Source: the human T2T-CHM13v2.0 reference genome, Homo sapiens. From it: a stretch of DNA of 64,000 nt. The stretch is taken from NCBI RefSeq assembly GCF_009914755.1, contig NC_060925.1. One strand, written 5' to 3'. The notes under the pieces were generated by a model, which was not told the origin of the DNA, made no database searches, and worked only from the letters and a program-made list of their open reading frames with translations. Below are positions 15,106-34,656 of the stretch, in pieces; position 1 is the first letter of the stretch; each line of letters starts with the position of its first letter. The translations under genes and the position numbers were made by a program.

Positions 15106-15456
15106 CAGAGAGAATAACTTAATTCATGGTGACACCTGCAAGTCACATGGATCTTTCTGCACTACCTTAGGTACTTGAGGGATTGCAGTTTCATCTTATA
15201 ATATTTTTATAGGTTTATAGAATACCTTCAAGTTTTCTACCTTCACCTTTTTTGTTTATAGTGTGTGCATGTTTCTGCCAATGAATCACAGTCTATGAAT
15301 CTACCCGTCCTTGAATCTCCTGTATAAAACTCTCTGTTTACCCATTCTCTACCTGTGGCTTAGTCAACTCCTGGAGAAAGGTTAAAGAATGATCTTGTGG
15401 CAGTCAAGACCTTCTCTCTAATAGGCACAATGTAATTAATTATGATTCTGTTCTAG

Positions 15457-15477
15457 GTTTCCTGTGGCATAATGTGA
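15457..15477 (+). CDS. GSTM4: GSTM4 alternative terminal exon, coding part VSCGIM*
   Basis: ttctag|GTT TCC TGT GGC ATA ATG TGA is in phase with exon 7 and matches the C-terminus I recall for a short GSTM4 isoform; AATAAA at 15921-15926. Confidence 0.7.
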   Translation, partial: VSCGIM

Positions 15478-15990
15478 TGGTCAATTTTCTGCATCAACTT
15501 GACTGGGCTAAGGGATGCTCAGATGGCAGGTAAAATCATTGTGCTTGTGAGGGTGTTTCCAGAAGAGATTTGCCTTTGAATCAGAAGACAGCAAAGATTT
15601 CCTTCAGCAATGAAGGAGGCATCCACCAAACTGTCAGGGCCCAGAGAGAAGAAAAAGACAGGAAGGGTGAATTTGACCTCTCTGACTGGGACATCCATCT
15701 CTGCCTATCCTGGGACCTCCACACTCCTGGTTCTCTGGCCTTCAGACTTGATCAGGGACTAACACCATCGCCTCCCACCCCCACCTTTGTTCTGAGGCCT
15801 TTAGCCTCTGAATGATACCACTGGCTTTCCTGCTTCTCTATCCTGCAGTCGGCAGATCATGGGACTTCTTCACTCCAAAATTGTGTGAGCCAATTCCCAT
15901 AACAGATAGATAAATTTATAAATAAACACACAAATTTCCTACAGCCTTATCTTAGTGGTGTCACTTCAAATTTTGAAGAACCCTGACCTA
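15473..15990 (+). mobile_element. MLT2 (ERVL) LTR; paralogous copy at about 30230-30760
   Basis: Starts TGTGATGGTCAATTTT..TCAACTTGACTGGGCTAAGGGATGC and has gtgagccaattcc..aataaa near its end. Confidence 0.75.
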
Positions 15991-16351
15991 GTACACATAG
16001 CAAAAAACAACAACGACAACAACAACAAACAAAAACACACACACACACAAAAACTCATCATCAATAAGTTTTAAAAAATCAAACACAAGATAAAACGCTG
16101 CAGCATATCTATTACCTGGGGGCTTTTCTATATGGAAAGCACTTTCTGAGATGCCTTGCAGTAAACTCCAAGGAGATTTTGAGGGAAGATATTCTCTTTT
16201 CTCCTGGTAAATCTCCCTGTTGATGATCATTATTTTAAAGACTCCAAAGATGAAAACATCTGCTTGCACATTTTGTCGATTCATTTTGGGTGAGGGTCTC
16301 TGGCAGGCTTGGAAGGGTGGGTGAACAGTGGAAGGGGGCTGCCTCTGGTGA

Positions 16352-16789
<438 letters not shown>

Positions 16790-17159
16790 TAGCCTTGCCC
16801 CAGCAGCTCTAGAGGAATTACCCACTCTGGTGCTGGGCTCAGGCTGCCTGTCTCTGGAATAATGTGCTCAGAGCTGCAGGGTAGGCCTGCTGTCTGACTG
16901 GCAGAGAGAGTCCCATACTCCCTACCCTGTACCCTGAAAGATCAAGGCTGCCCAGCCTGTCCACCTGGTAGACCATTTCCCTGCCCAATTCTCCTTCTCT
17001 CATTCCTGATGTGCAGCTTGATGCCTGCAGGGACTGTGCCAGCTGAGATTGTCTCTAGGTCCTCCCTTCTGCCAGCTGGTGTCCAGGGAAGTGGGTCCTT
17101 TGGCCTGCTTCCTGCCACCAGAATTTTGAGGACCTTGTTTCTCCCACTGCAACTTTTGA

Positions 17160-17393
<234 letters not shown>

Positions 17394-17394
17394 T

Positions 17395-17605
17395 AGGGTT
17401 TCTTCACCTCAGCAGTACTGTCATTTTGGAGGGCAAAATCATTTGTTGTGGGGCACTGTCCTGAGCATTGCAGGGTGTTCAGCATCCTACGCAAACTCTA
17501 CCCACTAGATGCCATGGGCGCTTCCCAGTGGTGACAATTAACAAAGTCTCCAGACAGACCTACATGTCCCCTGAGGGGCAAAGTTACCTCCACTTGAAGA
17601 CCAGT
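17395..17605. mobile_element. MER20-like DNA transposon; paralogous copy at about 31690-31900
   Basis: tgtggggcactgtcctgagcattgcagggtgttcagcatcc..tacccactagatgcc..gtctccagaca. Confidence 0.65.
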
Positions 17606-18561
17606 GGTGTGCTGGATGGATACTAATATTAAAATAATAATAATAATAATAATAGAAATCATAATATAACTCATGTAGTTAAGGTAAGTCCTTTTTGATG
17701 GAACATTTATTTCAGTTAATAATATTTGTATATGTCTGTCCTGGTAGTTTTTTTTTTTTAACTTTTTATTTTGATTTAACATGAGAGTTTGAGAAATTTA
17801 CAAAACGAATGAATACAAAGACCTCTGATTACCCCAGATTCTAACGTTTCCACATGGGCTTTCTCCTCCCTCCCCAAGTCCACCAGCCCCTGCTCCCCAC
17901 CTTTCTGTCTCTCTTCCCACCCAGCAAGCTCCCTAGGAGCACAGCACCACTTATGACAAAAACATCATTTTCTTTTCTCTGAGGCGGTATTCCTGACGTT
18001 TGGATTTAGGCTGATAAGTGACAGTGAGTTATAATCATCCTTGCCTGTGTTGTCCTTCCCACGTTAGGTCTGTCATGCCACGTATGTCCGCAGTTTATAA
18101 CAATCTCTATCATACATTGAAAAGTTTTGAAAACTTATCCAGTGAATCCCTGAGCACCAAATGTTCTTTTGTGTTATTTTTCTTTATTAGGCTATTATTA
18201 CTTTATTCAGAATCTCTCTGTTTTAGAGAGAGCCTTTCTTTCTTGCCTAACCTAGAGTGCAGCGGCGCGATCATAGCTCAGTTCAGTCTTGAACCCCTGG
18301 ACTCAACCAGTTCTCCCCCGCCCTGGGCTTCTGGGCGTCCTGATCTCTCTCCTGAAACCCACGGGGCTGGGAGGTGGGAGGAGATCCTACTCCTAGCCCC
18401 ATGAGCGCGCTCCAGGCCTCCAGATTGGCCCGTTTCGGGGGCAGGGCGGGCCGTGGGGCGGGGTCGCAGCAAGGCTTCCCCTCTACCCTCTCTGGGCCTC
18501 TCACAAACGCTGAGCCCCGCCCCGCTGAGGCCTGTCTGCAGAATCCACAGCAACCAGCACC

Positions 18562-25326
<6,765 letters not shown>

Positions 25327-25758
25327 GGCCTTGAAGGCCAGGAGGTGGGAGTGAGGAGCCCATACTCAGCCTGCTGCCCAGGCTGTGCAGCGCAGCTGGA
25401 CTCTGCATCCCAGCACCTGCCTCCTCGTTCCTTTCTCCTGTTTATTCCCATCTTTACTCCCAAGACTTCATTGTCCCTCTTCACTCCCCCTAAACCCCTG
25501 TCCCATGCAGGCCCTTTGAAGCCTCAGCTACCCACTATCCTTCGTGAACATCCCCTCCCATCATTACCCTTCCCTGCACTAAAGCCAGCCTGACCTTCCT
25601 TCCTGTTAGTGGTTGTGTCTGCTTTAAAGGGCCTGCCTGGCCCCTCGCCTGTGGAGCTCAGCCCCGAGCTGTCCCCGTGTTGCATGAAGGAGCAGCATTG
25701 ACTGGTTTACAGGCCCTGCTCCTGCAGCATGGTCCCTGCCTTAGGCCTACCTGATGGA

Positions 25759-25764
25759 AGTAAA
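25759..25764 (+). terminator. GSTM2 variant polyA signal AGTAAA
   Basis: Aligns with the GSTM4 AATAAA (…taaagcctca.ccacatttgc). Confidence 0.65.
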
Positions 25765-26353
25765 GCCTCAACCACATTTGCTGTGTGTCTTATCTTATTT
25801 GCTCCTGGCCATCTACCCAGACTGTCTGTCTGTCTGTCACTGCCTCTTCCAAGGGACTGGCTGGTGATCCTGGCAGTGGCTGGGTTCTAAAGGATTCTGC
25901 TGGGCATAGTAAGGCGCTTGAGAATTCTTGCTCCCATTCCTGAGAGACTCAGAGCAGGAAGCCCCATGAGGCACTGTGGAAAGGATGTCTCTTTCTTGGC
26001 CTGGATCTCCCATTCATTCATCCAGCCGTATTGAGTACTTTCCATAATTGCACAGAGCTTGTGTCTCATTGAATAGGACCCCAAGGGGGTGGAATCTCCA
26101 TCAGAGAGAACCAGGGTCCCTTTTACCTTCTCCACTATATGACTGCATCACTTCTGTTAGGTCTCCAGGACCCAATCTCTATTGTTTTTCTCAGATGGCT
26201 TCCAGGTACCCTCTCCAGGCTTGCTGCACAGCTGTCATCAGGACGTTCTCTCTGGGTTTACTTCCTCTCTTTCCTGGGTACCTGTGAGAGAAATGTCTTT
26301 AGTCCTTGCATAACTGAAAGTGCCTTTACATGCTTACTGAATACTCTGGCTGA

Positions 26354-26710
26354 TGATTTAGTCTGTTCTCACGCTGCTAATAGAGACATACCCGAGACTG
26401 GGTAATTGATAAAGGAAAGAGGTTTAAAGGACTCACAGTTCCACAGGGCCTGGGAGGCCTCATAACCATGGCAGAAGGCGAATGAGGACCAAAGTAATGT
26501 CTTACATGGCAGCAGGCAAGAGGGCGTGTGCAGGGGAACTCCCACTTATAAAACCATCAGATCTTGTGAGACTTATTCACTACTGTGAGAACAGTATGGG
26601 GGAAACTGCCCCCATGATGGAGTTTTCTCCACCTGGCCCCCACCCTTGACACCTGGGGATTATTACAATTCAAGGTAAGATGTGGGTGGGGACACAGCCA
26701 AACCATATCA
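26354..26710 (-). mobile_element. THE1 (MaLR) solo LTR
   Basis: Minus strand starts TGATATGGTTTGGCTGTGTCCCCACCC; about 355 bp. Confidence 0.88.
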
Positions 26711-26794
26711 GCTGGGGATAGAATTCTATGATGAAAACCTTCAGACTTCTAATAGATTTATTCACTTTTTTCTAGAATTGAGCATTTCTGGTGA

Positions 26795-27138
<344 letters not shown>

Positions 27139-28610
27139 CTATATCTTTTGCTTTTTTACGCTTTTTCTGTTTGTCATTCTGAGGTCTATAATTCCAAAGG
27201 CTGTGTGGGGATCTACAGGTTGATCTCTTCTTGATTCACATCCTTGCAGGAACATGCTAAGCATAGGCTTCCTCCACCCTGACAGCAATCTGCATTGCCT
27301 CTTGTTGAAGTAACTTAAAATCTCACTGGAGAGTGAACTGCTTCAGAGGAAGATTCTCATAGCTTAGCAGTTCCTAAGCTGTGATACCAGAAATAGCTGT
27401 TGAGTCTGTGGGTCATGTATTCACGCAAGGCTCAGCAGGGAGATCTTGTTACAAATCAACAAAGGTCTCTTCTCCAAAAACTATATATCCGAAAATACAA
27501 CTCATTAAAAAATGAGTCAGAATTTCAACAAGCATTTCCCAAAAGTGAATATCCACATGGCCACTAAGCTCATGAGAAGGTGCTCAACATCATTAGACAG
27601 CAGAAAGTTAAAAACCCCTAAGATCCTACTGTATCCCCACTAGAATGGCTGACATTGAAAGGACCGACAATTGTTGGTGATTTATGGAGTAACTGGAACT
27701 GTCATGCATTGCTGGTGGGAAAGCCACTTTGGAATACTGGCACTGTCAACTAGAGCTAAACCTACATCTACCCAGGACCCAGAAATCCCACCCTACAGGA
27801 ATGAGTCCTAATGGATTCCAAGAACCAGGTGTAGTGATGCCAAAAGCAGCTTTATTTTAAATAGCCAATAACTGAAAACAATCCAAATTCCATGAACAAA
27901 TGAACTGTGGTTTATCAACATAATTCCATCATTCATATAATGGAATACTTACTCTGGTATAATGAAAATAAACATGCTAACGCTATGTGCAAAAACATGG
28001 ATGGGCCTCACAGACGTATTGAGTAAAAGGATCCAGACAGGAGAAAGGACACACAATCTCATTCCACTTACACGAAAATCAGGAGAGGGAAATGATTCCA
28101 TGGTATCAGAGGTCAGATGATTGGTGAACTTTGTGAGAACTGGAAGGTTGCCTATTGAAGGGGCCTGGTGGAGTGCTGTAAGTTTTCTCTCTTTATCTGG
28201 GAGGTGATTCCAGAAGAGTACACAAGTGGAAAAGCCCACAGAGTAGCACACTTAAGGCCTGTCCACTGTATGTATCTTACACTTCAATGAAAAGCATGCA
28301 TTAAGGCCTGTGCACTGCATGTGTATTACACTTCAGTTAAAAGCATGCACATTATTTGTGTGCTTGTGTTTGCTTTCCCTCATAAGATATCAACATCATA
28401 AGGGCATGTGTTTTTCTCTCTTCTTGTTCACTGATGTAACAGGTGTTTGCATATCGCCTAGGACAGTCCCTGAGCATAGTAGGTGCTCACTGAACAATTA
28501 TTAAGCAAATTATACGTTCATCTTAATGGTGTCATTTCAAATTCTCTTTAGATTTTTATTCATGCCTACTTCTTCAGATAGGTGAGACTGGTGTGCGTGT
28601 TTACTCTTAG

Positions 28611-28926
<316 letters not shown>

Positions 28927-28954
28927 TAACATTTTACTTAAAAATCTGTATATG

Positions 28955-29325
<371 letters not shown>

Positions 29326-29676
29326 TTAGTTCCTGTGGATAAACTATATTTTGCCTAGTCATTCTTATGCTATGGCATGTGTAGATTTTTCTAACTTATT
29401 TATTTGTTTTTAGAGCAGGGTGATCATGTTTTGACTAATTCTTTCCCGTTTTTGGTGACTTTGAGTAGATCCCCAAAGCGCTTACTACAAGGTAAAGGAT
29501 GAGACTGGTTTAATGGTATTACAACAGATAATTTCATTGCTCTCCAGAGACAATAACTTAATTTATGGTGCCACCAGCAAGGTACACGGATCATTCTGCA
29601 CTATTTTAGACACTTAGGAGATCGCGATTTCATCTTATGATTTTTTTTTTTTAATAAGAACACCTTCACATTTTCT

Positions 29677-29980
29677 GGCTGGGCATGGTGGCTCATGCCT
29701 GTATTCCCAGCACTTTGGGAGGCCGAGGCGGGTGGATCACTTGAGGTCAGGAGTTTGAGACCAGCCTAGCCAATATGGTGAAACCCTGTCTCTACTAAAA
29801 ATACAAAAATTAGCCGGGCATGGTGGTGGGCACCTGTAATCCCAGCTATTCAGGAGGCTGAGGCACAAGAATCACTTCAACCTGGGAGGCAGAGGTTGCA
29901 GTGAGCCAAGATCGTGCCATTGCACACTGCACTCCAGCTTGGGTGACAGAGTGAGATTCCATCTCAAAAAAAGAAAAAAA
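29677..29980 (+). mobile_element. AluS element
   Basis: Dimeric Alu with polyA. Confidence 0.9.
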
Positions 29981-32295
29981 GAATACCTTCAAGTTTTCTA
30001 CCTTCACCTTTTTTGTTTATTGGTTGTGCATGTTTCTGCCAATGAATCACAGTCTATGAATCTACTTGTTTGTGAATCTCCTGTATAAAACTCTCTACCC
30101 ATTCTCTACTGGTGGCTTAGTCAACTCCTGGAGAAAGCTTAAAGAATGATCTTGTGGCAGTCAAGGCTTTTTCTCCCATAGGCACAATGTAATTAATTGT
30201 GATTTTGTTCTTGGTTTCCTGTGGCATAATGTGATGGTTAGTTAGTTTTCTGTGTCAACTTGACTGGGCTAAGGGATGCTCAGATGGCTGGTAAAATTAT
30301 TGTGTTTGTGAGGGTGTTTCCAGAAGTGATTCGCCTTTGAATCAGAAGACTGAGCCAAGATTTCTCTCAGCAAATGAAGGAGGCATCCACCAAACTGTCA
30401 GGGCCCAGAGAGGAGAAAAAGACAGAGGAAGGGTGCATTTGATATCTCTGACTGGGACATCCATCTCCGCCTATCCTGGGACCTCCACACTCCTGGTTCT
30501 CTGGCCTTCAGACTTGATCAGGGACTAACACCATCGCCTCCCACCCCCACCTTTGTTCTGAGGCCTTTAGACTCACACTGAATGATACCGCTGGCTTTCC
30601 TGCTTCTCTGTCCTGCAGCCAGCTGATTGTGGGACTTCACTCCAAAATTGTGTGAGCCAATTCCCATAAGAGATAAATAAATTTGTAAATAAACACACAA
30701 ATTTCCTACAGGCTTATCTTAGTGGTGTCACTTCAAATTTTGAAGAACCTTGACTAGTACACATAGCAAAAAAAAAAAAAAAATACACAAGTGGGTCACC
30801 ATCATCAATAAGTAAGTTTTATAAAATCAAACACAAGATAAAACGCTGCAGCATATCTATTACCTGGGTTTTTTTCTATATGGAAAGCACTGTCTGAGAT
30901 GCCTCACAGTAAACTCCAAGGAGATTTTGAGGGAAGATATTATCTTTCCTGGTAAATCTCCGTGTTGATGATCATTGTTTTAAAGTCTCCAGAGATGAAA
31001 ACATCTGCTTGCACATTTTGCTAATTCATTTTGGGTGAGGGTCTCTGGCAGGCTTGGAAGGGTGGGTGAGCAGTGGGAAGGGGGCTGCGTCTGGTGACTA
31101 GCATCACTCATATCCATGTCTGTGGCAGTCATCAGGTGCTTATTATATATTTGACTTTTGGCCACCCCTCTGGGGGTGTTAAATGCAGGCAGGGTCTAGT
31201 CAAGCCATTACAAGTTGGCAGTGACTCGTAGCAACTTTCTACACACCCTTCTCGGTCAGGGTGGATACCTTTTGAAAATAAGTTCAGTTCATCCTGCCTA
31301 GCTTTGCCCCAGCAGCTCTAGAAGAATTACCCGATGGTGCTGGGCTCAGGCTGCCTGGCTCTGGAGCAATGTGCTGAGAGCTGCAGGGGAGGCCTGCTGT
31401 CTGACTGGCAGAGAGAGTCCCACCACTCCCTACCCTGTACCCTGGAAGACCAGGCTGCCCAGCCTGTCCACCTAGTAGACCGTTTGCCTGCCCAATTCTC
31501 CTTCTCTGATTCCTGATGTGCAGCTTGATGCCTGCATGGGCTGCGCCAGCTGAGATTGTCTCTAGGTCCTCCCTTCTGCCAGCTGGTGTCCAGGGAAGTG
31601 GGTCCTCTGGCCTGCTTCCTGCCAGCCAGAATTTCGAGGACCTTGTTTCTCCCACTGCAGCTTTCGACCCTGTCCTGGATCACAGACTAGGGTTTCTTAA
31701 GGTCGGCCGTACAGAGATTTGGAGGGCAGAATTCTTTGTTGTGGGGCGCTGTCCTGAGCATCGCAGGGTGCTCAGCATCCTACCCATCCTCTACCCACTA
31801 ATACCACGGGCGCTTCCTGGTGTTTACAATTAACAAAGTCTCCAGACAGACCTACATGTCCCCTGAGGGGCAAAATCACCTTCACTTGAATCACATCCAG
31901 TGGTGTGCTGGATGGATACTAGCATTAAAAATATTAATAATAATAAAAAGATTCATAATGTAGCTCATGTAGTTAATTCCTTTTTGATGGAACATTTATT
32001 TAAGTTAATAATATAAGTATCATTAATACCTAATAATATGAGTATATGTATATGTAATTTTCTTGTTTACCTTTTTATATTGATCTAGCGTCAGAGTTTG
32101 AGAAATTGTAGAAAGATTAGAAACGACTCTGATTACCCTAGATACTAATGTTTCCACATGGGCTTTCTGCCCCCCAGAGTACCCTCTGCCCCTCCTTCTC
32201 CTGCCCCCGCCTTTCTGTCTCTGTCTCCCCCAGCAAGCTCCGAATGAGCACAACACCATTATAAGAAAAACACTATTTTCTTTTCTCTGAGGTAG

Positions 32296-32304
32296 CATTC
32301 CTGA
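32296..32304 (+). CDS. GSTM2: Putative GSTM2 alternative terminal exon, coding part HS*
   Basis: Pyrimidine tract then ggtag|CAT TCC TGA, in phase with exon 7; matches my recollection of a GSTM2 isoform ending ...RFEHS. Confidence 0.55.
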   Translation, partial: HS

Positions 32305-32695
32305 TGTTTGGATTCAGGCTGGTAAGTGACAGTGATTTATAATCATCCTTGCCTGTGTTGTCCTTCCCATGTTAGGTCATGTCTGTAGTTTATGACAATC
32401 TGTGTCATCCATGCCATTTTCAAAATTTTTGAAAACATATCCAGCCTAATGCTGAGGATAAAATGCCCTTTTGTGTTGTTATTTTTCTTTATCACGCTTT
32501 TTGTACTTCATTCAGAATCTTTATCTCTTAACATGTTTTGGCCTGTTTGTGTTTCTTCCACTTGGTGGTAACATCAATTAACATAGAGTTTAGAAAAATG
32601 TTTCCCCAATTTAAAAAATCACTTGTACTACATCTTCTTTCTTAGTTCTGATTTGTATTAACTTATAATTATATTTTTTGTTTTTGTTGTACTAA

Positions 32696-33010
<315 letters not shown>

Positions 33011-33699
33011 AGTTACCTAACTTTTAAGAGAATAAACTATTACATATAACAAGCAAATTGGTTAAAGTTTCAATATTTCTCTTAAGGTCACTTATTGCTT
33101 CCACTTCTTTTTCCATCTCTAACTTTGTGCCTGTTCTACTTTCTTGAAATTCTAGTTTGTTTGCCTTATTCTTGGTATCACAGGCATGTTGGAAAAATGT
33201 TTTCTCAATTCAAATTTGGTAGCATCTTCAAATGGTGATTTCTATTTTCTTCTTTTCAGATTGAAGAAAAGATTCTTTATATTTCAGATTTCCTAAGTTT
33301 ACCCAAACAATATTTAAGAGACTTTAATACATTTCCATGAATTAGGATACATTTTATTTTGTCTGTCAGTATTTGTTTCTAATAGATTAGTTTTTAAAAT
33401 TCTGACAACATGTTAGGTAGATTTTCTGTTAATTTGCCTTGAGAATGTAAGAATGTTGTCAGAAGAGACAGAAGGAATTATGAATTCCAGTCCAGAGGTC
33501 CCATTACAGGCCCTTGGTAAAGTGGGACCCAGTGCATTTTGACTGTCTGGCACAGCATTGTTTTAAAAATTAGAACTTTTCCACATTTTGCAGTTCAGAC
33601 AGCACATACAAATGCAGAAGTCCAGGCCCTGTCGGGACTGAGTTTCTGTGTGGTGACAACTGGCTACAACCCCTTCCTTCTGAACACTTGCAGCTTCCC

Positions 33700-34133
33700 T
33701 CATCCCTGCTGCTCCTGATCCCCGTCCACAGACCCACTTTCCCTGCTGGTGTGATCCTTGTGGCCACTATGGCAGCTACTTTGGAGAGCCGCTAGTCCAG
33801 TCCTTCCCGCCTTCCGCAGAGCTCTACTCCTGCTTCTGAAGAAGCCACCTGGGGCCTGGCCTTCTTCCTGGCTCCTCAGAGTCCTTGCAACAGCAGGCAC
33901 TACTTCTCTCTCCTGCACTCAACCCCTCTCCCACTCCACTGCCTCTCAGTGTGCCAAAACACGAAGATGTGTCCTGATTTTCAAAATCTCTCCCCTGAAG
34001 TTCCCACCTGATATGTAGTTGGAGATGGGCAAATACAGTGTCCTTGAAGCATCATTTTATTCATAGTGCCTGGAATGTAGTAGGATCTCGACAATTGTTG
34101 TTTCAATAAAGGAATGACCAAATATATTAATAC
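33700..34133 (+). repeat. Block paralogous to GSTM4 upstream 5085-5530; continues at 41759-41965 after the ERV insertion
   Basis: Near-identical translation PVLPAFRRA.LLLLKKPPG.W.PSSWLLRVLATAGT in both copies; homology resumes at atactaatgtaaca. Confidence 0.9.
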
Positions 34134-34656
34134 TGTAAAAAGTAAAGTAGAGGTTCCTCTTCAAAGAGACTTTTCTCCCCATCTAATTAAGAATAAGTCG
34201 TAACTTCTCTTAGAAGCAAAATTTATTCAAAGACCGGTGCTGATATTCTGAAATATCTGCTAGCTGTAATAAAGAAATTAATGTACTTTATGTTCTTAAC
34301 TCCCACAATTTAGCCTAAATACTTGCCCTGGCATGCTTATACTGATCCAAACAAGCATGAGGTCATAGCCTGTTCCTCTTCCTTATTTGAAGGTGTTTTT
34401 ACCTTTCTCAGCGTTCCACAAGTGAGTTCCCCCTTCCTTTGTTCTCCTCTGCCTCTGCCTCTTTTAAAAAGTTCTAAGTTGCTAGCCAATCAGGACAAAT
34501 ACAGAATGTGAGGTCCCGTTCCAGCCAGTGGAAACTGGACACAGCAGTAGGGTGGACACATCAAGTTATAAATGACCCTTTCTCCTTTGTTCAGTGTACT
34601 CTCGTGGTAAAACTGCTGGCGAGTGTACCCTTTCTGCAGAAAGTAAAAATGGCCTT

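Noticed and set aside
28250-28350. About 50-bp tandem duplication (taaggcctgt..ttacacttca..aaaagcatgc), also at 13780-14185 split by an Alu
   Set aside because: Simple local duplication older than the block duplication; no sign of function
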